From Gonapodya sp. JEL0774 (Eukaryota): DNA of 64,000 bases. Below the pieces are notes generated by a model. That model saw nothing but the letters and a program-made list of their open reading frames with translations, had not been told where the DNA came from and did not search any database. Of the stretch, positions 13,366 through 25,098 are shown in pieces (position 1 is the stretch's first letter; the number at the start of each line of letters is the position of its first letter). Where the stretch lies: contig JADIIX010000022.1 in assembly GCA_027604505.1 (NCBI GenBank), positions 1-64,000 on the forward strand, given 5' to 3'. Made by a program: the position numbers and the translations under genes.

Positions 13366-14916
13366 CTACGAGAACCAGACCCTGCGCCCGCTCTTTGGCA
13401 TGGCCGCTGTGGTGGTCGTGGTGGGCACCGAGGACGCGGACGCGGCTCCGGCGGTCGATTCGGGGAGGGATGGGTCGGGGAGGGGTGGGTCGGGGTTGAG
13501 CGCGGCGGGAGCGAGATTCACAGCCACGGGCGAAGGAGAGGGAGAGGGAGAGGGAGAGGGAGAGGGAGAGGGAGACACGGAGTTCGTCCACGCCGTCCCG
13601 GTTCCGTAATCCAGTGGACGTGCCCCACGCGCGTGTTCGGTCATCTTTTGCGGCCTGCCCGGTGTGATCGCCACGGGCGCGCCGGTGGTGGTGGTGGTGG
13701 CGGTGTCACGCACCTCGGGCACCTGTGCCTCTTCCGCTTCCGCTTCCACCTCCAGCTCCCCTACCACCTCCCCCTCAGCTCCCGGGCCCACCCCCATCCC
13801 CCCGTACTCGTACACCGCGACCGTGAGCGGTAGGTAGGGCAAGAGTATGGCTGGTGCGTGGGCGGTGTCGGGGTGGTGGGGTGGGGGTGCAGGTGCGGGT
13901 ACCGGTTCCGGGTGATCGTCTGAGACCGTACCGGGGACAAGAATAGGAACTGGCAAAGGGAGGTTGGTGGGTGGTGGAGGTGGCGGTGGGGGTGGGTCGG
14001 GTTTCGTGGAGGGGGAGGGAGGGTGTACCAGGCTCGGTTGAGCCTGGGGTTCCGTCGCCACTTTGGGCTCAGACTCGGTCTGCACGTCTGCCTCCACCTC
14101 CACCTCCACCTCCGCTGCTGTAGACTGCGCATGCACGTTCCTGACAACCACGGTCCTGGCCATGGTTCCAGCATCGCCATCCTCGGCGCGGGCCGGGCGA
14201 TGCTGGTGCCCTTCCTGTCGCTGTTGCCATTGCTGTGTGACCACGACGGCGGCGATGACCTCGGTGACCCTCTTTGCGTTGTCGAGTTCGGTGGGGTGTG
14301 GGTGGTACGTGTACGGGTGCGCGTGGGTGTAGGTGTTGGTGTGGGTGGGCGAGTAGAGCGTTGGGTCCGAGGAGCAGACAAAGGCACTTCCCAAGGAGGC
14401 GGGACGGGGTTTGCGGGGGCGGAGGGGGTGGGACGAAGGAGCTTGAACTGGAGTGTGAGCTGGGATCGGGTTGCGACTTGCGCAGGGACTTGTTGTCGGT
14501 GGACTCGTGGACGGGCGAGCCGCCGACAGGGACCTGTTGTGGGCGATCCCGGACGCCGATACCGATCTGGCATGACCGGGACTCGCAGTCCCAGTGGACG
14601 CGGCCTTTTCGTGCCTGCCGGTCGTGCCGGTCGTGCCCACCGCGCCCGCTTTGCCAACTCCGCCCGCCGTCCTCCCCGCGATGGTCGCGGACCCCCATCC
14701 CGGTGACGGGGCGACCGACCCGGCGCTTCCGCGATCAGCGGTCAGTGGGGACTGTCTTACGATGCGGGACAGCGAGGCCATTCGCTCTGCTTCGTCGTCA
14801 TCGTCGTCCTGGTCTTTATTGAGTCGGCGTCTGTCTGAATTCGACTTGCTGCTGAGTCCATTGGGGTCCGATCTGAACAGGCGGGAGAGCGAAAGTGTGG
14901 GCAGGTGGAGCGGCAT
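13366..14916 (-). CDS. Hypothetical Pro/Ser-rich low-complexity protein (may splice to an exon at about 13260-12907)
   Basis: Long open frame from ATG 14916 (MPLHLPTLSLSRLFRSD). No recognisable domain; the region is GC-rich, so ORF length alone is weak evidence. Confidence 0.45.
   Translation of the reverse strand: MPLHLPTLSLSRLFRSDPNGLSSKSNSDRRRLNKDQDDDDDEAERMASLSRIVRQSPLTADRGSAGSVAPSPGWGSATIAGRTAGGVGKAGAVGTTGTTGRHEKAASTGTASPGHARSVSASGIAHNRSLSAARPSTSPPTTSPCASRNPIPAHTPVQAPSSHPLRPRKPRPASLGSAFVCSSDPTLYSPTHTNTYTHAHPYTYHPHPTELDNAKRVTEVIAAVVVTQQWQQRQEGHQHRPARAEDGDAGTMARTVVVRNVHAQSTAAEVEVEVEADVQTESEPKVATEPQAQPSLVHPPSPSTKPDPPPPPPPPPTNLPLPVPILVPGTVSDDHPEPVPAPAPPPHHPDTAHAPAILLPYLPLTVAVYEYGGMGVGPGAEGEVVGELEVEAEAEEAQVPEVRDTATTTTTGAPVAITPGRPQKMTEHARGARPLDYGTGTAWTNSVSPSPSPSPSPSPSPSPVAVNLAPAALNPDPPLPDPSLPESTAGAASASSVPTTTTTAAMPKSGRRVWFS
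13535..13575. repeat. (GAGGGA)n microsatellite
   Basis: About 6 hexamer units; reads as SPSPSP on the minus strand. Confidence 0.85.
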
Positions 14917-15427
14917 TCGGGGTTGGCGTTGGTGCTGTGGGAACTCAGACACAGCACGTCCGGATGATCCCGTTTTCCCAAATGCTCTCTTCTCCAATCA
15001 AATCGATCCTCCTTTCGGACCCATTTTAGAACTTACTTCTTGTGCTCCAGCCTCCAGGGGTCCGCGGTCGGGGTCCGGGGAAATGAATCATTTTGGACTC
15101 ATACATGCGCTTATTGTGCTCACGTTGGTTTAAACTCATGATGTAGATAGGAGATATACAAAATCGACATTTACTGCAATACTACTCTCAGGTACTGGAA
15201 TGTCCACTACCATTGCCAGAGACCAGTCAATTCTAGTCGTTCCTGAGCTTCTGTCAATCCCTCCATTCTGTCTGGCGGGCGGCAGAAAGGCAAATGTGCT
15301 AGGGGAAAGTACCCAGATCGACCTGGATCCCGTCGGCCCAACCACTAGACTGACCTTGCAACCATCTGCTCGACAGACCTTGATCCTGTCCGCTCGCCCT
15401 ACCTCAATCCTATCCTCTTGCCCAACC

Positions 15428-17254
15428 TCACAGTCCAAAGCTGGCACTAGCCTCCAGCAATTCATTTGCCCACCCCTCCTCTGCATTCTTCTCCGACAGT
15501 TTCCTCTTCTTCTCCCTTATATTCCTGTTGGGCCTCTTTCGTTTCTTGGACACAAGGTGCAACTGGCCTTCCTGTTCTCCAGCTTCCATTATCACCTTCT
15601 TCTCCTCATCTCCCATTGCTCCATCCTCCTTCTTCACCTTCTTCACCTTCTTCTCCTCAGCTTCCATTTCCGCCACTTCCTTCTTTGCGTTCTTGACCTC
15701 CTTCCTTTCCTTCGCTTTGCGATTCCTGGCCTTCTTCTGTTTCCTAAGCTTCTGTGACTGCCTTCCACGTCTTTGATAGAACTCCTTGTAAATGCGCACC
15801 TGCTCCTCCTTCTCCTCAGCTGATTGCTCTGGTCGAGCCAGGTTCCGGGCAAAGTCTGCAAGGAACTTTACCTTTTCCTCAATGGACACAACAACACTGA
15901 CTTGGTGTGGACCACACTCTGGGCACTTTGATATGACCTTGTGACTCATTCCCTTCTCCATGATCACAGTTACATCACCAGGGCCTGCCCTCAGGTAGAT
16001 TCTGACGGGGGTCCCATCTTTCTTCAGGATTTCCACTACCAAAACAGCTCCTTCACCATGGCAGTCCTTGCAGTGTGCTTTGTTGAAAGTGTAAATGAAG
16101 GAATGGCTGAAAGCAGCGTCACGTTGACCCACACAAGCACCTTCAGGATGCAGGAGTCCTTCCTGTGATCCTGTTATCTCCCCCCAGTTGATGTGCACAG
16201 TGGGAAATACTGGAGATGCCAGCCAGACAAGTGGAGAGTGGCCAATCTGCTTGAAATGTGTGGCCACAAGATCCTGTAAATCCCGCCCAATTTTGATCCT
16301 TCGATTGTAAGCTCGACCATCAATATCCGATCCACAGTGGGTGGCCTGCAACGAGAGCAAGTCCATCACCTCCAGAAACTTTTCTGTTCTCTCCTTTTCT
16401 TCTTGGTTGGACTCTGTGATGGGTTTTTGCTTTTCCTCCAGGAGACTAGCATGATAGGCTGCCTGTTGCGGCAATTCACCTTTGGGAAACCTCACACCCA
16501 AGCATTTAGAGACCTGACCCTCCCCAGGCCCCTTTTCACCACATTTCCAGAGTATGTCGTGAATCTTTTCCTGATCTGGTATAACCTTTCCAATGTGCAT
16601 CATCAGAAATCGACCATGCTCCCCTCGGTAGACTCGATTGTCCTCAGGATTGTGGAGGCTGCCTGTTGCAGGAAACAAAGGGTCATCTGAATCCATGGAA
16701 TCATCAGAACTATGGTGATTGCTGGAGTTGTCAGCCAATTTGTCCAATGAATGGCCATCCACAGTCACACCCTGATCCACACCCTGATCCAGCAGATACT
16801 GATCAGAAGCTTCTATTCCTGCTTGAAGAGTCCCTACTTTCAGTGCAGCTGCCATAAGCATTTGTTGAGTGGTGCTGTCTAACTTGTGCATCATGGGGGT
16901 TATATTGACATCAAGCAATTTGACTCCCCTTGTGTTGAAGAGCTGGTGAATCTGAATGAAGGAACAAGAGTGAGTGGGTTTGCTTTCAGGTTGAGAGTTG
17001 TTACATGCAATACCCACGGTTCCTGGTGGCACCCATATGTCCTCCTTGGGGAGTATTTTGCGCTTCTTATTGGTGATTCCAACCACAATGTTGTCAGCCC
17101 CAGATTCTGTCTCCACTTCAACATCCCTCAGTTTAGCGTGGCATTCTTCAGTTTCGGCCTCAGGGGATAATTCCACCTCTTCAAGTACATTTTCACCAAG
17201 CTGTTCCTGGGTATCCTCTTTTCCAGAGTTTGTGGTTTCTTGTGGCGGAGACAT
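15428..17254 (-). CDS. Intronless 608-aa ORF with a degenerate TET/JBP-like 2OG-Fe(II) dioxygenase domain, probably TE-derived or decaying
   Basis: Motif order FPTVHIN..GQRD (HxD position)..SFIYTF..GAVLV..GPGDVTVI..SHKV..HQVSVV (RxS position) follows the TET/JBP double-stranded beta-helix pattern, then a Lys/Glu coiled tail. Strong CpG depletion: no CG seen in 16641-17016. Confidence 0.55.
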   Translation of the reverse strand: MSPPQETTNSGKEDTQEQLGENVLEEVELSPEAETEECHAKLRDVEVETESGADNIVVGITNKKRKILPKEDIWVPPGTVGIACNNSQPESKPTHSCSFIQIHQLFNTRGVKLLDVNITPMMHKLDSTTQQMLMAAALKVGTLQAGIEASDQYLLDQGVDQGVTVDGHSLDKLADNSSNHHSSDDSMDSDDPLFPATGSLHNPEDNRVYRGEHGRFLMMHIGKVIPDQEKIHDILWKCGEKGPGEGQVSKCLGVRFPKGELPQQAAYHASLLEEKQKPITESNQEEKERTEKFLEVMDLLSLQATHCGSDIDGRAYNRRIKIGRDLQDLVATHFKQIGHSPLVWLASPVFPTVHINWGEITGSQEGLLHPEGACVGQRDAAFSHSFIYTFNKAHCKDCHGEGAVLVVEILKKDGTPVRIYLRAGPGDVTVIMEKGMSHKVISKCPECGPHQVSVVVSIEEKVKFLADFARNLARPEQSAEEKEEQVRIYKEFYQRRGRQSQKLRKQKKARNRKAKERKEVKNAKKEVAEMEAEEKKVKKVKKEDGAMGDEEKKVIMEAGEQEGQLHLVSKKRKRPNRNIREKKRKLSEKNAEEGWANELLEASASFGL

Positions 17255-18468
17255 GGATACAATTCAAATTGGTGCTTTGGAGGGGTCAAAAAATAGAGTG
17301 ACCCAACGGCAGAGTGAGGTCGGATGGCTTGTCCGAGAAGAGAAGTCCAAGGATGTGGGATAGTCGAGAACGTACGCAGTGGCGTATTTGGAGATGAATG
17401 AAAACCAGTCACCCTGGGTAGCTGGTAGAGTCAGACGTGAGACAAGAGACTATGAGAAACAGCAGTTGGACCGCGGAAAACAAACCAGCTTGGAAGACAG
17501 GTCAATAAACCTGCGTACTAATCGTTGAGCGATTTGCTTGTAAGTTGTTGAGACGATTCGACGTGCCGAAGAGGATGGTTCGAGGGGCGATTTGAAGAAC
17601 CAGAAAAATGGGTCCGAGGAGGAAGATGACCGAGATGAAAAATGGATTCCTTGGAAATCAAAGTAGGAGTCGTCGCCAAGGGAGGTTTCTGTCCTGGATT
17701 TTGCGGGATGATTGGACTTTGGGTGACAACGACGATGGAGAGGGAACGCTGGGCCGATTGCAGGGCAAGGAAGGGAGTGAACACGTTCGACGAACTCCCA
17801 GTGTTTTCTAATGTGTCGCGAATTGAGAATCCGACCCGAATTGGACCCAAATCACGAATCGGGAACTCGATCGATGTTTCGGTTTGGAGTGCGACCATGC
17901 ACTGTGAGCTTCGCTGTGGGGTGCAGCTGCAAATTGCCCCTTCGAAACATCCACAGACGCGTGGTGAAACGCGCGGACATGAGAAGCGGCTGCGCAGAAT
18001 ATCAAGGTATCGGCCATGTTTTTCACCGATGATGTTATGTACGGTATGAACCTCTACGGCATTATGGACAGACTTGCTCTCATTTTTAATTTATTTTATG
18101 TAATGTTTTTTGTTTTTATTATCCTTCCGATATTTTATCGTTTCTCTTGTCCACACCAACCTAGTTGCTCCTTCACCTCATCCTCGCCCTTGGGGTTCGC
18201 GGCTCGGGGACTCGTGGGATCGTCCTCCACGTCCCCCTTTCCCCGTTCCCCTTGTATCCGTTGTCCACACAGGCGTTTGTGGTCACGGCAATTTCACGAC
18301 TCTTCGTCACCCCGCCGGAACCCACACGGCGACCCAAACGACTCGCCCCGTCTGTCTCAAGCGTGTCCAGAAAAGGCCGTTTGGTTCCCTCTTCCCTCTC
18401 CTCTTTCCCACCTCCACCGGCACATCCCCACATCCCCACAACCACGTCCCTCCATCCACCTCTCCACA

Positions 18469-21039
18469 TCACTTGGCGCCGTAACTGTCAAAATCCCGAA
18501 ACACGGGCTCCCTCTTCTCCAAAATTGCCGCCAGCCCTTCGGGATAGTCGGGCGAGGCGTACCCGTGGGCCTGCACCCAAAGAGGAAGGAAAACAATAAA
18601 CCAAAACGTCAATAAAAACGTGCAACGGAAGAAAACGGGGTGCGTGGCATACGTCGCTGCGCAACCCCCGGAACCCAACCCACCTGCGCATCCGCCTCCC
18701 TCTGCAACGCCCTCTCCATCCCGTCCTCAGTCCTCATCCTCATCGTCCTGGTCGTCCCCCTCACGGCCACCGGACTCGCCCGGGCCACCCTCCCCGCCAC
18801 GGCCAGGGCCTCCTCGACGACCGCCTCTCCCGTCTCGGGTGCCGCCATGGCCAGTCCGTAGGAGAGCGCTTCGGCGCCGGTGATGAGGTCGCCGGTGAGG
18901 AGAAGGCGAGAGGCAAGTTGGGGGCCGATGAGGTGGGGGAGAAGGTGGGAGCCAGCCATGCCGGGGTGCATGCCGATGCTGGGGGTGGGGGTGGGGAGAG
19001 AGGGAAGAGAGCAAGACTGCCGGTGAGCCAAACCCATCACCAGCACACCACACGAAAAGCGCCTCCATCGCACACCGCCCACCGGGCCTTCCTATGCCGC
19101 CCATCCGCCGTGGAGAGTGGACAACTCGTCGGGGCCCGCTCGCGACCCGCGACTGCGCTTCATTGTCCGCCCCGACCTGGCTGTGCCTCGACACCATCAA
19201 CGCTCGCAAACGCATCACTTCTACCACGACGGACGGGGGCACCCTTGGCCTGACGCTCGTTGCTCGCCCACCATCTCGCTCGTCCCCCCACCGCCCCCTC
19301 CGCCCCGCCCATCCAAACCTCTCCGAGACACCCCACGGCCGACTCCCACAGCGAGGCCCCGCCGCCCCCGGAATACCCACCGCACAAAATTCACCCCCAC
19401 TTTACTCCCCCTTTCCACGACCCTCATATCACACGCGAGGGCCAGACACAGTCCGGCGCCGATGGCGGGGCCGTTGACGGCGGCGATGGTGGGGACGGGG
19501 AGGGTGCGGACAGAGAGGAAGCGGGAGTAGAAGCTGGGGAAGGTGGGGGGGGGGGAGGGGGGGGGGGGGGCGGGCTGGGGATGGGAATGGGAAAGGAGAG
19601 AAACGAAAGCGAAGAGCGAATGTGGGACGGTTGGGCGAGAACTGAAGAGCACNNNNNNNNNNGGGGGGGGGGGGGGGGCGCGGCGGGGGGGCGGGAAAGC
19701 TGGGCAGGACGGGGAACGGGGGGGTCGGTCAGGGTGCCGCTGTTGAAGGCAACACCTCCACCTACGCACTGCGCAGGGACACGACAGCCCCATGACACAA
19801 CGGACACTCGTACACACCACACGTAAGCACGTACGTCCGAAAGTCCCAACGTCCGAGAGTCTCAGTGCCCCAAAGTCCGTACGAACCCAGCGACCGTCCC
19901 CCGTTCCCCCGTTGCCCGTCGTCCACCGACCCGTCGATCCCACCCACTCCACATACTCCCTGCTATATCTCGCCGCCGCCCGGCATGATCTCGCGCCGTC
20001 CCCCAACCCCCTTCTCCCATCCCCCTTCTCCGGCCCACGGCACCCCCCACACCCCACCCGCCTCACCTCCTCATGACCTCGACGTTCTTCCCCGGTGTTG
20101 TGGAGATCCTGTTGCGCAAGAAGCCCATATCGCCACCGGCGGAGAAGGCGCGACCTGCGCCGGTGAGGACGACGCAGCGGAGGGAGGAGGAGGAGGAGAG
20201 GGACTTGGGGGTGGAGGGGGGTGGAACGGTATGGGGATGGGAATGGGAAAGGAGAGAAACGAAAGCGAAGAGGGAATGTGGGACGGTTGGGCGGGGTGGG
20301 GGTGGAAGGGCACAGATAGTCAGCGGGTCGGTGAGCACGATGGGAATCCGACGGAGAACTCGGAGTGGACTTGACACCACGTCCAACAACCAAACCCAAA
20401 CCCAACGCAAGACCGGAACGCAAATCCACAATCCAAAAAATTCAAATCTGAATCCAAAACGAAAAAAAATAAGAAACAAAAGTTCCCCTCTCGAGTTGTG
20501 CACGTCGCCCGTCCGATACAGTCTGACATGCGGACGACGGGGCACACAGCACACAGCAAAACGGCACAAACAGAGAGAAAGATATATCGTACTCGCTCGT
20601 ATGGGGTGTGGTCTCGGGGCAGAAAAGGGGAATTCTCCTCCGGGGGGGTTCTTCAACCATCTTGGATGCTCCCTCTGGGCTCGTGCGAGGCCTGTCTCCA
20701 ATTCGCTGTGCACACCTCCGTGCCCGCGACCACCCGCGACCACCCGCACACGGCAGCAGCACCGGTCCAACCCGTCACGCTCGGTGCGCCCACCTTGACG
20801 ACCTCGACGAAAGCGTCGCCGACCTCCTCTGTGAGTGCGTTGAGGGTCTTTGGCCTGTTGAGCGTGATGATTGCGACGCCGTTTGGGAGGGACTGGACGG
20901 TGACGGGGTCGGATGATGCGGGGGCGGGAGAGGAGGGAGCAGGAGAGGAGGAGACGGGACGGGACAAGTGGAATAGGCGGGATGGGCGGATGGCGGGAGA
21001 TTGGGAGACACAGTGGGAGACAAATCGGGGCAACGACAT
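18469..21039 (-). CDS. Enoyl-CoA hydratase/isomerase (crotonase) family, probably mitochondrial, 5 exons
   Basis: GVAIITLNRPKTLNALT; CVVLTGAGRAFSAGGD; LPVPTIAAVNGPAIGAGLCLALACDMR; IGMHPGMAGSHLLPHLIG..LLLTGDLITGAEAL; DYPEGLAAILEKREPVF. Arg/Ser-rich N-terminal presequence. Confidence 0.93.
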
Positions 21040-21721
21040 GGTGGGGAATGCAGGGGGTGTGATTGGTGTGTGTGTGCAGGTGAAGACGAGGGGCACAGAG
21101 TCCGAATGGACCCCGCACACGACCGTGGTCACCACCACCACAGCACCCGGAGTGGTACACATAATATTGTTCGAATGCAGGTTTCTCCGTATTCAGTGAC
21201 AGGCGTGAATGAATAATTTAAGTTGAATCGATTGAACCATTGGTATCATTGTGTCGACCCACGGAAACGATGCACACAGCACGACAACGTACAAAATGCA
21301 AACAGACAGACAAGCGAAGAAGCGAACAAACGGGGGGGTTGTGCGAGAATGTAATAACAAAGCTGAAATCTTTGTATCGTTTCTTGTGTTTGACGTGAGG
21401 TTGGCTTGAACTGATAGCTTTGAGGAAACGCGATGAAAGTGAAGTTTCGGATATTGCACTATCCTGGTGCTCAGCCCATCTGTTGGTTTAGCCCAACCCC
21501 GACATTGTTCTCATACTTATGCATTTGCATGTACCTGGAGCCATCGCAATTTGGATTCACGCGTTCGAAAAATATTTCGGGCCTCCTAATTTTTGATTCC
21601 AAGGGTCCACCACGTCTTGCATAAGCTTCGAGAGTATATGTGCTTCAGGCCGGTGTGGGATCCTCCGAGTCACCGACCGACAGAACAAGGAGTTGAGTGA
21701 ACAGATGGGAAGGGGAGTTTT

Positions 21722-21760
21722 TTGAATATGATTGAATATGATTGAATATGATTGAATATG
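21722..21760. repeat. (TTGAATATGA) x ~4 tandem repeat
   Basis: Seen directly in intergenic DNA. Confidence 0.85.
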
Positions 21761-21991
21761 CTCCCAAAGTTCCAAAGCAACCATGAACATCCCTACCCCG
21801 GAACCCCCCAATGCATCTGTTTTCCGTACTATGTACAAAAAAGAAACAAAAAGAACCACACTAGCAAAAAAAAAGTGTGGAAATCGAACTCGCCACCGCA
21901 CCACACCATGCACCATGCACCCGCCGAACGAACCCGGGTGAGCGCCGCCCACTTCGCCCCATCCCCACCCACCGCCGTGAGTCAAATCAGA

Positions 21992-23758
21992 TCACCCCAG
22001 ACACGTCAGACACGACGCGGTGTCGGTTTCGTAGCTGGGAGGGGGGTGTGGGGGGTCGGGTTTGGTGGAGGGAGGGCGAGAAGGGGTGTGGAAGTGGGGG
22101 AGAGGGAGAGGGGAGTGAGCGACGAGGGACGGGGTGGGGGGCGTGCGGGGGTGGCGAGGGTGGGGGAAAACGACCGAGTCAGTGCCAGACACAGGAGACA
22201 CAGCGACAACGGGCCAACACCGCGGCCAGTGGGGCTGTGAGCCGTAGTTGGCAGTTGAGCTCGAGGTAGGTGCGTAGTGCGGGGATTTCCGGGCCATGTG
22301 TGCGGTCAAGGGATGCGGGGAGGGTGGGGGTGTGCATGTGACCGCACACCAGCCTTCACGACACAACACAGGGGCCGCGGGCCGCCATGTCCCAGCCACC
22401 GTGGGGGTGAGGCGGGGACTTACGGGCCGCACGTCCGACCGACCGAGAGATGTTGAGCGGCTCGTCAAACGTCCGCCTTTCCCCTCTGCCCTCTGTCCCT
22501 CCTACAAAACCCCAACCCCCCCTCCCCGCCACCCCTGGGCACTCGCACCCACCACCCACCTCACCACCGAACACCCAGTACAAAACCCTCCCTCGCACGT
22601 CGCACACGTGCGGACACACTCGTCGCACACGGGCCGGTCGCAGAAGGAGCAGGGTGTGGTGGTATGCGGGGTCGGAGTGGGTGGTACCGGTACGAGGCGT
22701 GCGGTGGCTGCAGTGGGTGCGGTGCGGGTGGGGAAGAAGGGGGACGGAGGATGGGACGGCGATGGGGATGGGGACGGGGTTGGGTTTGGGGTTGAAAAGG
22801 ACGAGGCGGGGAAGGGGAAGGGGAAGAAGAAATGGGACGGTTGGGTGGTGGCGGAGGCGGAGGCAGGTGGGAAGAACGGGGCAGACCCGCGGGTCATGCT
22901 GGCCGGGCGGACCGGTGTCTGTGCGGTGGTGCGATGTGACGGTGCGGGGCAGGATATGCAGTCGGGGTGCGGGTGGGGGTTGGGGGCTGGAAAGGTGGTG
23001 GGTGGTGGACGGAACCGATGTGTCAGTGTCGTTTCGTGTCGGTGTCCCGTTGTGTCGGGGTGCGGGACAGGGCGGGGCGAAAAAGCGACACGTGGAGTAA
23101 AATTTGAAGGGAAAGGAAGCGGATGGGAACGATGATGTCCCGTCTCCTCGTCCCGTCTCCTTGTCGTTTTACTGTGGTTCCCGCCCCCCGTTGCGACCAA
23201 CCACCCAAAACACCCTGTCCCCGCCACGAAAACACATCCACCATCCCACCCCAGGTGTCACCCACGAAAAACACCCCTTCGCGTTAAGCTTATCCTATCC
23301 CGCGTCATGTCCCGGATCCAAATCAAAAGAAAAAACCATGTCAATCACGAGCGCGTACCTCCACCTCCACCTCCAAGTCCCACCAGCGCTCCCCCGTGCT
23401 GCCGTACTCTCCCGACTCCTCGTAAAGCCCTAAGCGTCCTTTCTAACGGTCGGAGGAGGTAGAATCGGGGTGGGGAGGGGAGGGCAAGGGGGAACACGTC
23501 AACCGAATGACATGGCGACCAAGCACCCCCGGGGTACGCCTGGGCACGCAGTCTTTGCAGTGCAACTGACGCACCTGCGACCTCTTGCAGGTCTGTGCCA
23601 TCCCTGTCTCTCTTGCGTCGTCCGTGTGAACCTTCGCCGAATGGGTTCTGACGTTTCTTTGAACAAGAAGGGGGGGAAGGGGAATGGGGGGACGGAAGGG
23701 GGAAGGAATGGGCGACATTGGGGAGGTGCGATGGGGTGAGGGCATAATGGGACGTCAT
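21992..23758 (-). CDS. Siva-like Cys-rich zinc-finger protein, about 4 exons
   Basis: Spliced reading KRQNPFGE..LQEVA|ERTLRALRG..CISC..CSFCDRPVCDECVRTCATCEGGFCTGCSVV|SYETDTASCLTCLG*. Cys spacing and N-terminus resemble animal SIVA1; GT-AG phases are compatible; the start is uncertain. Confidence 0.6.
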
Positions 23759-25098
23759 TTGGGTCGGATGGGCGAGGGGGAAAGGGGGGGGGGGTCAATA
23801 GAGGGGAGGGGGGACTGAGGCTGTGTGTGTGCACAGACCACCCCTTTCTTCGCATCGCTTTTATCACAAACACCAACTCGTCGCGCCACCACCACAGCGC
23901 ACACAGTTTTCTTTCGGAATGCAAAGTGGAAAATGTTTTAAAACCAAATATGTTGAACTGTCATAAAGGGGGTGCCATAAGTATTTTCTAGCCCAAGTCC
24001 AAGTCCAAGTGCCAAGTTTTGTCCAATCCGTGTCGTAATATGTATGTGGAGTGGGATGAAGAAATTTCGTGTCGGCGGGGGCGACCCCGCGGGGATTGAA
24101 TACGTGATACATACAACAATGAATGGTGAATTGGTGATTACGTGGACAGCTGCAAGGGAGCCCACATGTCTGACACTGCGTCAAGTCTGGACTTGCTTCA
24201 CCTTAATCGGCCGTTGACGCTGTCCGCACGAGAGTCTGGGAAAGGATTTCGTCTGGAGTGACGGGCGTAGTCTGGCGGGAGCGATCAACTCCCGCTCGGC
24301 AGCGCTCGCCCTCCAAACAGCCAGCTCGTTTCTTGTGCAAGCAACCTGTCTGTGTCAGCTGTGGTGGGAAAAAACACTTGAAAGATGTGGATGTCGTTCA
24401 CAAAAGTTGCGAGTTGTTTCGTGCGCATTGCAACGGCGACGCCCGTCGGTCGGACGTTCTTCTGTGCGAAAGTCCACCGCCGCACTTCTCATATAAAAAT
24501 TATAAAGAATAACAGAAAAAAAAGGGAGAAGAACAGAGTCAGCAAAAGAACGCTGCTTCTGCTTGGGCAGGCCAAAACCTGCGCCACCCTTGTGTGGCGG
24601 TTCATACACTTTTTCGGTCCCAAGAGGGGGATACTCGGATATATTCTACACCACCCATCGCGCCTACACCTTTTGCGTGGATTGGGAACGGGCAGGACTT
24701 GCGGAAACAGAGCTTGAGAAGCACGGAAGCGGAGACGGTAACAAGGTGGGCGTGCGGGAGAGGAAAACGGGACACCAGAGTGGAATCGTGGGAATGTGCT
24801 GGCATGTGAACGGACGGTCGAACCCCGAACGAGCGGCGAGCAAAACCGGGATTGGAGTTCCGTTTTTACTCTTGATTCTTTATCTTGTTGTGTTGAGATG
24901 GACGTGGTGTTCGCTCGTGATGGGGATTTGGTCGTTGGGCCTTGGTCCACCCCGTTTTCCCATCCCATGTGTCCGTCACAACGTCCGAGCCGAAATCTCC
25001 CTCAAACTCGACTGTGAAAACGATTCCCCTTTGATCCCGATTACCCTTTTGTCTCGAACGGAAACCCCGCAGCCACACTCCAACACACCATCTTCACC

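Noticed and set aside
15040..18100. Terminal inverted repeats, target-site duplication or transposase around the TET-like island
   Set aside because: No convincing TIR or TSD and no DDE or KDZ transposase ORF seen, so it is not annotated as a mobile element.
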